Source of the DNA: Oopsacas minuta | Lineage: Eukaryota > Animalia > Porifera | Direction: 5' to 3' | Length of the DNA stretch: 64,000 bases | NCBI GenBank assembly: GCA_024704765.1 | Contig: JAKMXF010000088.1 | Span: 558,001-622,000 of the forward strand | Made by a program: the position numbers and the translations under genes | Notes under the pieces: generated by a model | The model's input: only the letters and a program-made list of their open reading frames with translations | Database searches by the model: none | Told to the model about the DNA's origin: nothing | Shown: piece by piece, positions 31,917 through 47,100 of the stretch | Position numbering within the stretch: the stretch's first letter is position 1 | How the letters are laid out: each line of letters opens with the position of its first letter

Positions 31917-32100
31917 GATTCTGCAAAATTCCCTGTTTGTGGGGCTACACTGTATTCGTAAGCCAGTTTCTTACTTCCTAGTATCAAAGATACTATTGAA
32001 TAATTTTAATAAACAAATATCATTTGTACTATATCATATAATCTCTAATAAGAAAGTAAATACACACACCTTCATAAACAACAAACAAACAAACAAACAA

Positions 32101-35100
32101 TTAATATTCATCATCAGAAGTAGAAGCTCCTCCTTCAGTATTTCGGGGTAGCATGTAACTATCTGTATCAATTGACCTACAGTTGTTGATAGCGTAACGT
32201 AGTCTAGCAGCTAGTATCTCCTGTGAAGTGTAATTGGGGAGTTTTAGATGGAAGAAACATGTTTGAGCTGTTGGAAGAGCGTTTTTGTTCTAAAAATCAA
32301 ATGAAAGGAGATTATACAAGAATGTGTATGGTATTTAAGCTTTGAACTCATTGGACTGGTAACAACAACAAACAAAAATATGAAACCGACTCCTTTACAA
32401 ATATTCAATATATTAAAATGTTCCAAAGATGTTCCAGATATATTGATAATATTTGGGAAGCCAGGTCCCTCTAGGCGGCTTTGGACTGAGGAGACTAGAA
32501 AACCCTGTCAAGACGCTAGGTTAATAAATATCTGAGATAGACAATTTATCAGATATCATAATATTTGAATTATAATTCTGCTACAACAAATTGGAACTAT
32601 CACTTTTCCGTTCATAAGAAAGAATTCAAACTTTATTAGTTCAAAATGATGATGTATGATAAATTAAAGGGTGTTGTTTGTTGTTGTTGTTGTTGTTTAC
32701 AGGATATTAAAACCACAAACTATTACTTTACAAAGATACAACACTCAAAGATTCGAGTATAAAACACAAAGGAGTATTTATTATTTGTTTGTAATGGAAT
32801 TTCTTAGAATATATTTGATCGGTGATAAAGCTGTTGGAAAATCAGCATTGGCTGTTAGGTATTTGACGAAGAGATTCATAGCAGACTGCAGTAAGGACAC
32901 AGGTTAGTTTTGTACTTTTATATGTACCGGGCCTATCCCTCACCTTGATTGTCCACAGGGTGTCAAGTGCGACCGTCCAAGAGTTAGGAAAACAAAGGGG
33001 TTATCTAGGTCAGCGGTTCCAACCTGGAGTCCATGTAATCCTTATTGGTACACAGACGACATCTGGGGGTCCACATGATCTCAAAATTTGTATTGCAGTC
33101 TATGGGAGGGGGTCCACGGGTGGACAAGGTTAGGAACCACTGGTCTAGGTGTTTGGTTGGTACCTAATATGCCAGTTCAGCAGCCATGAAGGACACAAAG
33201 TCCCGACCGTGAGGCTCAAATTGTACAGGATCAATTTGTTACCGACCAAATAATGCAGAACCAAAATATTCCTCGAAACGTGATTATTAGCATAGAATTA
33301 ACCCCAGAAAGAATATTAATATTGATTGTATCATAGTTGAGTATGAGGTAGAAGGTAAGCTGAGTAATGGCAGACACATACACCTAAAGATATTTGATAT
33401 AGCTAGTCAAGACTTGGATTCTGTAAGTTTTTTCCTCTACAGTCAACTAATATATCAAATACGGATATATCGAAGTCTGTAATTGTACAAATATGGTCCC
33501 AAACCGCCAAAGTAACCTAAATATATACCGAATTATTTCGGTCCCGTTGAGCTTCGATATAACGGGAGGACTGTAATGTCTGAAATAAAATCCGGGAAAT
33601 CAATGAAAGGCGTTGGTACGTTTGATATTATTTTCCATGACAACGACTGAATACAAATGGTATTTGAATTAATATCTACAGATGTCAATTGATACAGTAT
33701 TCCCTGGGACTACAATATTCGTGCTGGCTTTCTCTATAGCAGAACGTATAACATTCTATCACATACGTCACCTACTCAAAGTTACAAATAATGCCAGAAT
33801 AGCTGTTGGAGCAAAACTAGCTATATTTGGGTGTAAACTGGACCTGGAATATATTCGTGAAGTTAACAGAACTACCGGAGAAATGTTAGCGAGGAATGTA
33901 GGAGGAAGCTATAGCGAGTGTTCTGCCAAAACTGGAGAAGGTGCTTTCATCGCGTTTGATAGGTAAAACGGGCGGTTAAATGTTGTTCCCCCTTCTCCCA
34001 GTTCGGATGTGACACCTTTCTATAACCTCACCCCCCTAGGGCGTGTTCAGAGGTCAAATGGTGTATGAATCCCTCCTTATACCGAGGGAAAATTTTCAAT
34101 TTTTACTACAAAATTTAAACCTCATTTCTAGGTTAATTCAAGAATTCGTGTTAGACAAGAAAACAGTATCTCCATTCAGGTCACCTTGCATAGATACAGG
34201 AGGAGGCGTTAGGAATGCTGTTAAACGAGCTAAAGATTGGATTAAGAAACGATCTGAACACAATACAATTATATAAATACATTTTGAGCTCAGTCATGCA
34301 ATCATTTCTTATTTCTTTCTATTCCAGATACAGTCATCAACTCTCGTTATCTCAAAACACAAATGACGTGACACCGATAATTACTTCGAAATAATGGGAG
34401 TTAATTGTATTTTACTACCGTTTAACCTCGAATCTTTCCTCCCTCACTTATCAACCTTTAACCAATCCCTGTATTTATTCCTTGCTAAACCTTTCAAATA
34501 TTTTCTTGAATTTTGCTCCTATTAAACCCGAAAATATCTAGAAAACAAATATACCTTCATAGTTTTAATGACCAATAGTCTCTGGGTAACATCTTGTACA
34601 CGTGACGGGAGTCTACTCCTCCCTGACGTGAATCTCAAAAATAGAATTTTTTCATCATTCGTAAAGTTCTCCAGAGTATCCCATAGCCACTTAACTAACA
34701 TATCGTTAGCACTACAATCTCTGTATTTGGCTACACGTTTGAGTATCTGTATATCAAGTTCTCGTTCGCCGCATACGGAGGTTTCTAATGAAGCTCCTGT
34801 CGTGAGTGACAATAAGGGGACAGGTATTACTAAACTCATACCTTCTCTCACTGCTAATGCCTAAATAATACAATATTCACAAAGTGTCAAAATATTCACA
34901 TTATAATAACATATAGGAGCTGTAGTACTGTGCTATAAATAAAATTACACAAAGAAACCGCCACATACAGAGAAACAGTGTCCATATACTCTGTTGACGG
35001 AGACTATACTATCCTTAATATACCTGTCTATCCAGTTCGTGTAATCTGAATTGAATAGCTTTCTCTACATACTCCTTACGGTTAGAATATGTCAATGGAA

Positions 35101-38100
35101 TGTTAGATCCCCCGGTTACCACAGGGGCAAGTTGTCCCGCCATGTTATAAGCCTCATAAGATGAGATAGGGATCATCTAAAGTGAGAAACAGTAGGATAG
35201 GATCACCGGGTAATCGGGTCACTTGCCCAGAAACAGAACCATACAAATAGTGTTAAATATTAGTTAATCAGGTTAAAGTGTATTGAAATTATACGTACAA
35301 TCAACTCCCGTTACATCGATCACGGATATCTCGAATTACCCGCTTATATCTAAGTGTGAAATTGTACAAATATGGTCACATACCATCGAAGTAACATATA
35401 TGCCATGAGCTTCGATATAAACAGGAGTTAACTGTATTTGAGTGAATGAATAATTCAAACATATTTTACCTCTGAAAAAGTACTAGGAGTTATATCCTCA
35501 CTTAATTTCCAAATTCCTCTCATAGCCTGCATAAATGCAGAATCTACCTCTTCCAAATCATCCATGGTTATTTCTATACCAGCTATTAGTTTCCATACCA
35601 TAGGAGAAATGTGTAGTGATAGAGGCTTTGTAGTTCTGATAGCTACTCCAAACATTACGCCCATAAATCTATAGTAATCCATGTCTGTCTTGCTAGAGCA
35701 ACCTGGATTCAGTACGAACCTATAAAGGAATGTGCATAGCATTCTATGAAATGTGTTGCTAGGGTAGAAAGATTTGCTATAAATGTGTCGACCTATCAGA
35801 TTTGAGGGTTAACTAGTATCAGTATTCGAAAAATCGCGATATTTCTCGATATCAGAGCAGTATGTATATATTCCTAACACCTATATGAGAATGTAAAACG
35901 ATTGGTTAACGAGACTAAAATATTATTAACTGTCTGCAAAATATGATTATTTGTATATGAATAAATTGCAAAATATTCGCACGTACAGTGCAGTATAATA
36001 TATGACAAATTCTTGTTGGAATCAGCTGAATATTAATATTATAAAATCGAATTAGAATGGAGGATAACTTCGTTAATAGGAGCACTTTAAATAAGAATCT
36101 CCTGAAGTGACGAACGAATATTTACACAAAATCAGATCCCATAATGGTTATTCAATTGGTATTACTCCCTTTAATACGAACAAAATTGACTATCGGTTAG
36201 TGTTCGTATTAACGAAGTTCCTCTGTATATTGTTCAATTCAGACCTTAAGAAATAGTACAACTATTAAAATGTCCAGCAGATACTTCCACAAATTATGTT
36301 TCTTCTAATATATTCTACAAACAATCTCGCGTAATACCAAATGAGTGATTCCATAAGACAATTGTTAAGGTGAATATTCATCTTATTTAATGCTATAGAT
36401 CGATTAGCGAATCCTGGATGATATCTCCAACTTCAGAAATCCATTAAAGGAATATTTCTATTACCAATACTGAGGTTTTTAATTAAGATAGTAATTGATA
36501 TTCGTTTGCTCTTTGTCTGCATTCTAGTTTGCATAAACTTACATATCTGTTTTCCCCTCAAATAATAAATAAATAAATATAATGGCTACAGAGAGCATAT
36601 TAAACAATTTTCAGTATTTCTGGAAATCCCAACCTTCCCAAACTGGGGTCAATTGAACCTTTGGTGGTCCACGGACGACAGCAGAGGATTCACGGGACAG
36701 AATATGTTAAAATTCGTACAGTGGGTATCGCTTATGAGAACTATCCCCTGGAAACGGTTAGGAACAATAACTAAGATCTCATTGAAGTCTTACCTATCAG
36801 TGTTATACCCGCATTTATTCCTAGCATTGGGAGTAGGCAATAAGAATGGGAGAGTACCATCTTCTAATTCAATACACATGAGAGCTATTGTCTCGTCGAA
36901 CACTCCACCAGCGTCATCTGCTCCTTCTCCAATTAGAGTTACCTATTAAACGCGATAAATGAATACAGTAAATACTCGTGAGGTTTTGATGGTAATTTCA
37001 GGACGAAGAGTTTATGCTAACACCTCCTAGATTGAAGTCTAGCGCCGCAATACGTCTATGCCCGCAAGATAATGATTTACTCGATATTTTCAGGACAGGA
37101 ATTACACTAGCCATGTGTTTAGCATAACAATTCGTAATTTGGCAATATTGCTCTCTGCTTGCATGATTATATTACATTGATAAGAGGAGGTGATTATTAG
37201 TCATATGGTGGATTAAAACACACATAAGTACACGTGGCTATAAATAAATGAATAAATATCTAATTATAGCTTTTGGTAATGACAAAATAATTGCAACGTT
37301 CTCACGAAAATATCTGTATGACTTGATCACGATTATGCAATAACAAGTGTTTTCAATAAACAAACTTGTTTACGCATAACAGCTGTATAGTGCGTATCTC
37401 ATAGTAATTTCGGATTTATGTGGGTTATTTAGTTCTTGTTTAAGGTTTATAAACCTTACATCAGCGGTTCCCAACTTTGTCCTCCTGTTGACACCCTCCC
37501 ATAGACTGCAATACAAAATTTGAGAACCTGTGTGGACGACAGGTTGGGAAGCGCTACCCTACATTTTCAATTGAAAACTATTCAATAAAAAGGCAAATTT
37601 GGTGTTGTAATTATTAGGAATTAATCTGGATAAAGTTTAACAACCATAATGCCATTAGGTATGCATTAATACAGATTCGCAGCCTGATAGTAGACAACGG
37701 ATGTTACTATGAAGTGAGGAATGTGCTATTCAATGTGGTTAACTGGTTTCGGTGAATTCTTATTTTCTAATCTCTTCAAGATTTCGCCGAAACCATTTTG
37801 AGTATTTTAAGATCTCTCAAATATTTTATTCCGAATTGGTTGCTATGTTTTTAGGCGCCTAAATATCATAACTTTTGCGGATAGACAATTGGCATTAGTG
37901 TATGATAAAATTAATATCACTTGCGAACCTCAGAAATCATTGATAGAATATTCTAGAATGTTGATGAATTGCTGGAAATTTCAAAGTTGAAGCACAAAGC
38001 AAACTGGGGTATATGGACTCCTCGGTGGTTCACGGACGACAGCAGGGATCCACAGAATCTCATGCAGTCTATGGGGGGGGGGGGCCGAAGGGTGCAAAAG

Positions 38101-41100
38101 GTTGGGAACCGCTGAGATAAACAAATGAGTATAAATGAATATTTATTGAATTCAGATTAAAACTGGCCTAATTAATTACTGATATTAATAATATTGCGTA
38201 ATTATAATTGCCACATCAAATTACAAATTAACCCAGAGTTGTATATTGTTAATTTGAAATATGAATAATCACATGTTTTGTCTGTTAAAGTGTGTCGATA
38301 TGTGTCCAATGGTCAGGACACATATCAGCAAAATTTTCCTTGCAATTAGAGGAACTACATGTCTCTGATAATATGGAAATAGACCGCTGATAGGGACGAA
38401 TATATCTGAAGTATACTACAAACTCATATAGTATAGTCCAGTTTCAAATAACTCACATTCTCCAATTATCCATCAGGAACTTCTGCAAACTGATGGATAA
38501 TTCGGAGCACAAACTATTCTGTACTATTATCGAAGCTCAAGGGACCGCAATGATTATTCGATATAACTGGAGTTGATTGTAGTTAGTATAAGACATGGCC
38601 TGAGGCGAGACAGCCCCTACATGCAAAACTGTCTATCCCCAGAGTTTCAAGGAATTCCTTGTATCATCTAAGGTCCCAATGAATAATATTGAGAAGCAAT
38701 TTATTAATGATTAAAAATGTAGATACTACAATAATAAGTGAATTAGACTATAATGTATATCAAGTGAGCATAAAGAAATATAAAAACAGAAACAAAATAA
38801 GTGCTTTGCAGAGCAGACAGTACAATAACAAACATAGAAAATAAGATATTATAAGGATATACCTAAAATTAAGCGTACTAGTTAGCTAAATTATACATCT
38901 CAAATATAACAATAAAAATCAAGTTCTAAAATGTGTGTAGAGACATGATACAATAGCTAGAATCATCGAAATGTACAGGTAGAGCGAGGCACTACAAATC
39001 GCATTGAGCTAGAGAGGATTTCGTGTTACGAGTTAGTGGCTTATGGTGGCGATAGCCCTGGACAGCGTGTTGCCACTCCCAACAAAGTCTACAGTAGTAT
39101 TTGAAGCAATTGACGTCACGACAGAAGAATGGACCCATTACTCGACAGCAAGAGTTACAGAAAGTATCCTCGAGGTATGGATCGACCTGCACGCGCTTCG
39201 TGAATTTTCCAGTCTTGATTTCTACGTAGCCAGCTTGTACCGCCTTCATGTAATTCTTTGTAGAAACGAAAGTAACGCGACCAGATCCAATCGGGTACTT
39301 ATGTCTGTCCGTATCGATACCAGCATAGACTACACCCCCGAATAAATCGTCCATGACTGATGCTAGCGCGTCGGCGGTCAAAAGCCCGTGAAGACCGCCT
39401 ACAAATATGGTGGTGTTGAACTCGAGACGTGGAGCAGAGCGGTGTACACAGTTGGAGTCAGTTTGCACCCAAGGGATCACTTGAACCTCTTTGTTACGCA
39501 TGCGGCGGCTAGACACTTTGAAATAGAACTCTCCACTATCTGGGCCCTCAGACGTGCAAAGCTGGAGTAGCAGACGAACAGATTTTTCGTGTTCGAATAT
39601 GAGATAGACGTAGCCCTTTGGTGGGTGGCGATGATGCTTTGTTTCCTTCCCCGGCCATTCCACACACAGAGGTCCGAATTGCTTGAAGGTACTGAGCAGA
39701 GCTTCTTCAGTTATGTCCCATGGCACACCACCGAGGAATACCTTAGAAGAGTAGACAGGGTTCCTGTAACGACGAGAGGGTAGCACTCCTGACCAGGTGC
39801 AAACGATTGGATAGTGACTGTCGTCTTTCCGGTCGTATTGACAGGGACGGTGAGAGAGAGCAGACTCTTGGTCTGGAACGGATGAGAGAACGGATTGAGG
39901 CGTAGGAGGGTTTAGTTTCCAGACTTTCTCAAAACTGCTGTGGATGGAGCTGGAGAAAATTAAGCCAGGGGGGCTACCAGATACGTTAGGAACGAGGGAT
40001 TTTCCCCAGGGAGCGCACGTGTCAAATGAGGACATGAATGAACCAGAACTGCTTGAGCCCGAGCTTGCCAGGTCAGTGAGAGAATCAGAGAGCTGTGTGG
40101 AGGACGAGTTGCTACTACTATCACTGTCATGATCGAATTCGGGACTGGAAGTTATTTCAGGGAATTTCCTCGGATTTCCTGTCGGACTGGGATAGTTGTC
40201 CTCAATATTTAGACATTTTAGGAGAGAAGCAAACTCTTCTTCAGGGTGAGATTTAGGCGTGTACTTCTCGGCTTGTGGGGAGAGACACGAAGCGAGATGG
40301 GGGGGAGAATACGATTTTGTTGCAAGTGAATTCATGTCAAAACGTTGCATTGGAAAGAATCAAAGTTATGAAAATAAGTTGAATTCAAAAGAAATCTGAA
40401 AATTAAGAATCAATTGACCTTTTATAGAAATGTGAGTGCTGGAGATAAGATGCGAGTATTTATAGAAAATATGGAAATGTGAAAACAAAAAAATGCAAAT
40501 TGAAAACCAATTCTTATTCATAATACAGCGAAAGTTCCTTTTATACTTTTCAAGCAATCCAGCGCTCGATTCTACAAACCGCGCGTCTAATTGACCAATA
40601 GGAATGTACGGAAGAATGACCGAATGAATAATTGCGAAACCAAAATTCGTGTGTGGTTTTAAGTGAATTCCATTAGAACCGTTTTTGGTTAATGGAACTG
40701 GAATTAATTTGCGGAAACTAATCATATAAATGTGACACAATGGAATGTATTAAAAAAATGCTTTGTTAAATAACCGCAGAATATTAGCGATGAGAATGCA
40801 TTAAAGTATATTACAATAGGAATTTGATATGTGTCTAGCTATTGTTAAGCAAATTATAACAAATGAGTTAATTTGGTATTGATAATACTAACCATGTTAT
40901 TATTTGCTCGTAAATAAAATATTATTGGAGCGAATTGACACCAAATATTACGGCATATTTTGAGAGAGGGGGCTTGAACCTCCTGGATTGGTTACAGCCC
41001 AATATATAGCTACCCTCAATAAAGCATAAGCCCCTGTTTGTTGTTATTACTTTCAAACTGCCAAATATATCGTTATTATGATGCGAAAGTATAGAATAAA

Positions 41101-44100
41101 CATTTCCATATATGGCAAAAGGTTTGCTAAAAAATATCTGTTCTTACCTTCCATGCTCTCTGTGGTAACAGAAGTTCTTTAGGTTTGGTAAGTATTTGAG
41201 GCGAAATTTGATAGAACAGAGGTTTAAGCTTATGACCCCTAAAAATAATAATAGGATCAACAAAAATCAATACAGTGTAACCTCACAAACAGGGAAACGG
41301 GGTAGCATTTTTCGGACCCCTAGGTGGACAACAGGGGGTCCACAGGACCTGTTGCAGTCTATGGAAGGGGGTCTACTGGTGAAAACCGCTGGCCAAAGGA
41401 ATTTGCCTAAAATGAAGTCGATCTAATCCATAATTATAGCATATTGAACTCACTCATTTGGAATTCTACGTACTGTAATGATAGGGCCATAGGATTTAGA
41501 AGCAAGCATGGTATGTGTAATAGTTTGTAGCATTTTAGAACGAAACATCATCTGTGAAAGTATCGGTCTGATATTTGAATTGTTAAGATGACAGGTTTGT
41601 AACACGTCAAGAGAATTGTACTATAGAAAATAGAAATATTCTAATATTCACAGTAGGTGTCGGTTATAAGAACATGTATTGCTACCCCCAGGGGTTCTAT
41701 AACCAGCATCCACTGTGGATAGAATTGAGTACATTACAGCCAACTCTCGTTATATCAAACACGGATGTATAAAATACCCGCTTATATAGAAGTGTGAAAA
41801 TTGTACAAATACACAATTCTACAACCAAAAGTTGTTTACTAAATCTACGAATGTAATTGTAAACAAACTCAAATCTAACCTGGAATGGATTACAATAAAG
41901 TAGAGCCCAATTCGAGAATACCATCGTACTGAATTGAGAGAGTATTTTCAGCCGAGAGTGTAGTGAATCAATACTAATATTAGTAAGTGCAGTGTATTTG
42001 ATGGGGATTGATGTAGGTTGTCCTAATACTTCCATAGGCTTGAGGGAAGATCTAGGAGGTGATGTTGATGCAGAGCAGTGATTTTTACCAGCAGATATCT
42101 AGGAGAAATGGATAGAGATTCAATAACCTCACCCCCGAGGCGTGTACAGAGGTCAATCAAGCTCCAAGGCCTCAAAATCTATATTTCATCGAATAATCAT
42201 TACAACATTGGGTAATATGTACTCAATTTCGAGAAGATAACAAAAGCTCAGCCTCTTCGATCCTTCAGATCGTATAGCTTTATTCATCCATAAGCGAATG
42301 CAATGGTTAATAGTATTACTCAAAGAATTGTATGCTCCAATGATTACTATACAAAGCAAAGCATAGCCATTATACACAACAATTCAGCTATTGTATTATT
42401 ATATTGCTTCGTATTGAAATATACTAACCGTCTATCAAATGAGAGTTTTAGCATGCATTTTGTATAGAAATTCTAGAAAATTAAGTTTGTAAGAATTCTT
42501 ATACATAGTGTCACATGATTATGCCATATTATGCCACATTTTAAGTGGCAGTTCGCGGTTTCTAAAGGGGAAATGGGGGAGCCTATTTGATGTGCTATGG
42601 AAACTTGTCTCAGGTTTGTCACAACAACTCCTGTTATATCGAACACGGATATATCGAAGTGTGAAAATATACATTCGCTCTATACTTTCCCAGAAGTTCT
42701 CCATTAATGGAGGTTACACTATATTAGCTAAACAGAATTGCTATGCTAATAAATATAACTAACCTGTCTAATGTTCTTTCCTAACAGTTCTCTTACTAAT
42801 GAAGGCTGTATTCTTGGATCTTTATCTCCCATACCCAGCTACAAATAATGATATAATAATATACACAAATGCGAGCCTTTGGCTCGTCGCTTCGCGATGA
42901 ACTCGGTGCATTGCACTTCGAGGCATCCATTATTCTCCAAATTGACGGCCCTTTGAGTATTATAAGATAAATATATTTAGAACAATGTAATTCACAAATA
43001 TACGTATATGGCATATATGTTATTGAATTATTTTGTCAGATCAACCCCCTTGGGTAGCCGTTTAGAGCAAACCTGGAAATATATTATAAGATTTGGATAT
43101 TTTTGTTTACTTTCTATTCATAAAACTACAAGGAATTTACATATAAGAAACCTAATTTTTCTTTGAGAAAAAACTTCAAATAATACCAAAGGACCGTCGA
43201 TATTAGTAGCTATCATTAGTGAAAAAACAGATAATATGTTGTACAGTGAATGCCGGTTATAAGAACATACCTGACCATCGTTATTAGACCCCCATGACCA
43301 AACTTCTCCATTTTTAGTCAGGGCCAGGACATAATCGGGACCAGCTTGAATATCCACTACATGCTGAGAATTTAGTCCATGTGTACCCCCCAGCAGTTGG
43401 GGACGTTGTACATCTATAGCTGTACAACATTCTGTATGTTGACCCCACGCATATATCTTACCTAAGAAATGTAAGTATTTACTCGAATTGTTAAGAGTAT
43501 TGAATTTTGGTGCCAAGAACACCGAAAAACGCTACTAAGTTTCCCCCGGTTGTGGAGTAGATTTGTATTTTACATATTTCACTCTGTTTCCAGAGGTTAC
43601 CAGTATACTCATGTTGTTTTTACTTACAACTCCAGTTATATCTAGCAGTCTAACACGCGGATATATCGAAGTCTTAAAATGTACGGATATTTTCCCAAAC
43701 CGTCAAAGTGTTTCCTCGGTTATAGCTAAGTGATTATCGCGGTTCCTTAATCTTCGATATAACAGGAATTGTCTGTAACTGTAGAGCTATTCGGGGGAAG
43801 TAATTATTGTCATATTTACGCTGGCCAACTGTAACCATAGTAACAACAAACCGTTATTAGTTAAGGCGAGGGAGAATTCTTTTCCACATGCAACTTTCTT
43901 AACACCTACACCAGATAGGTCAGGAATTGCTTGTGGCGATAATACATTGGTTGTCGCAGCTGTCCCTAGTTTGTAATGGTGTCCTTCTCCGAAGCTAAAT
44001 ACTTCCATTCCATCGCTAGTGAGTGCTAGAGTGTGGGTAGAACTGCAACTAACCTAGATTAAGTTACATATTTTCACACCTTTTGAAATATTGCTGAATA

Positions 44101-47100
44101 GGAAACAGCTGATTCAATAAAAATATACACTTTACCTGACCAATATGGACACTAACTTCCTCTCCATTTTTCAAGAACTTTGTGACTTGTTTGGGTAAAC
44201 GCTTTGAGTCTGTGCTCCCCAGACCCGTTTTTCCTTCTGAACCACTCCCAAAAGTGTACAAATGTCCGTCTGTAGTGACAACGGCAGAGTATTTATCTCC
44301 AGCACAAATCTAAGTACATCCATATACAAAATTTTTGAATGAAAAGATACATTTTAGGAATATGGCAATTTCAAAGAACTATGAATCTCAGCTCTAAAAT
44401 TTTAATTACTCAATTTTGAGTTTCATCTGGTGATATTTATCAACATTCCATTCGCTTATATCCTTCACTATGGTTGGCATGAAAGATCTCTACATATATT
44501 GGTATATTGAAACCTCCACGAATGGGGAATTCGGCAGTAACGGGGGTAGCATTGTCGGCGTCCCTAGCACCCGTATTATTATTTAAAATATATTACCATT
44601 GAAACACTTTTCCCCCTCAAAGCCTCAATCCTCTTAGGTCTCCTCTGTTTGTTATTATCACCGTGTCCTAACTTTCCAGATTCTCCATCTCCCCAGCTAT
44701 ACACGTCTCCGTTATCAGATAACGCTAAGCAATGTCCGTCACCAGTTTTAGAGGCAGTCAACTGATTTATTATTTGACCTATGATAATAATATTAAATAA
44801 CTCAAGCAAAAAACAAGTAAACTCCGGTTTTATCGAAGCTAAAGGGACTGTGATAATTCCTCCCATATACCGATGAAAATATGTTACTTTGACGGTTTGG
44901 GACCATATTTGTACAATTTCATACTTCGATATAATGGGAATCGACTTATACACAGTTCGCCTTTTGCAAGTCGTAATTGCACGAATTTCCCTTTCTTTAG
45001 AGGAAATATTTCCAACTAATAGGCAACATATATCCGACACTATAAACTATCCATAGTTCCATATTTACTAAAATCTATAACTCTATATATTTACCTTGTA
45101 GAGTTTCAATACATTGGGGAAGTATAAATGCTTCAGTGCTGTTATGTCCTAGCTTACCATGTCCGCCATCTCCAAATGAATATACTGATCCATGGTGATC
45201 AATTGCAAATGTACAGTTAACACTAGCTATTATCTACAAGGTGTTAATTAATTAATTAAAGAATACAGATGATTCCGCTTAACTGGGACAGTGTTTAGCC
45301 TGGCCCTGGGGTATTTCTATTTATATTGTATCACATTTCCCCGCCCAAAGTGACTCAAATCGGAAGTTCCACTGTATATGATATGCTATGCACACTTGCA
45401 ACACCTGTTATCATTATTATCCATGAGTAATTATACAAATACAATACTAACCGTATGTGTAGATTCCAGCGATTCACAAAGCTGTGGTTGTGTCGTGGAT
45501 TTAGAATTGTTATTTAGTTGTCCGTGACCACCAGCACCCCAGAAGTACACCTTAGATTTCCCGCATAAAGTCCAGTCCTCTCGGTGTTGATTGTACCACT
45601 GCATCAACTGGGTGTCTGTGTCTAAGGACCAATCATCTGTGGGTTGTAACTCCCTGTCCAAATCGTCCTTAGCAACGGATAACTGCATTTGGAATTCATC
45701 TTGTAATTTCGTACGTTTTGACATAGTTTCAACTGCATTTAAAGCCTAAAATATTACAATAAAATTGCTGTATTTTTCTGTATTATTTATGCATGACAAC
45801 AAGATATACAGTATGGAATGTGGTTATTCAACCTGCTTGAAATCGATGATCCATTTCCAATTCTCAGGATTAACTTCTACTGACTTGTTGCTAGGGAATA
45901 ACTCAGGAATGTATGTTTGTGACCACAGACAGTCAAGTTCTAATCCTAATGCTAGTGTAGTGAGAGATTGATGGATTCTGGAATGTGTTAACTGTTTCTG
46001 ACTTGCAATCTCTTGCTATAAAAAAGGATCTCAAAATTTGCATTTTACAGATTATGGGAGGGCTCCACAGAATGTGTTAAAATTGGTATCGGGGATCCGT
46101 TGCCCTAAGGGAAGACGTACGCTAGATATTTTCAAGGGGCAAGCAGATCCATACTGAAATTCAAGATTTCTGGGGGAGTTTGGATTTGACCCATCAGAGA
46201 GCACAACAATTAAATTTACATATGATTATACCTCTTCATAAACGTGTTGGAGATATAGTTTAACTCCCAGCTGTGAAATATACTGCAGTAAGAATGGTAA
46301 CTTCTCCATTTCAATTCCTCTCTCCTTCAATTTCGAATTACAGTAGAATATTGTACGAGTTGTCTGTATAAGCGAAGGGGAAAGAGAGAGTGTGTGGAGA
46401 GACGGTGAATTGAGATTACAAGTTATTATCCTATCAACAGCTGGTGTTATTGATACTACTTGTTTGTTTGTGTGTGTGTGGAGTAGCTCTTCACCTGACT
46501 GAGAAAATTAGATCATATTGCCTCGAATAGTAGCCAAATAACGAGGTAACCATGGAAACTGGAACATAACACACAACAGCACGTCAGTAGTGGAGTGTAT
46601 TCATGTATAGAATGCTATGATTCATGTGATTATACATTATGTCCCCAGTACAAAGGTGTTAAAATATGAATAATCACCCCGGCTATTATTATATAAAAAC
46701 TAACACTAGTTCGAAAAATTGACAGCAAGCCATCTCTATGTCCTGCTATTATAAAAGTCCCATCTAGTGAGAATGATATACAAGTAACGTGGTTAGTTAT
46801 TGATTGACATGTAACAGACAACTCAAGTTGTTTGTCTAACAGTCCTGTTGCGTCTGATTGTGAAGATATTTGTATATCATACGGCCAGTGGGGGATTGAC
46901 CATATGGAAACAATTCCTCTGTCGCCTCCGCTAGAATAAATAAAGAAATGAGTAAACAAATACAAGTCTGTAAACAACAAACACTAAGGCTAATGTTAGT
47001 AGGAAACTTGTTTCAGCTCCACTACAAGTTTACCTGACGCATAAATACTGTAATTATTGGAAATTCAACTACACAATCTTAACAGACCTCCTTTAACGCG

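Noticed and set aside
40366-40740. 124-aa ORF upstream of CPEB1
   Set aside because: It overlaps the TATA/CCAAT region, is AT-rich and shows no homology; more likely promoter and 5' UTR.
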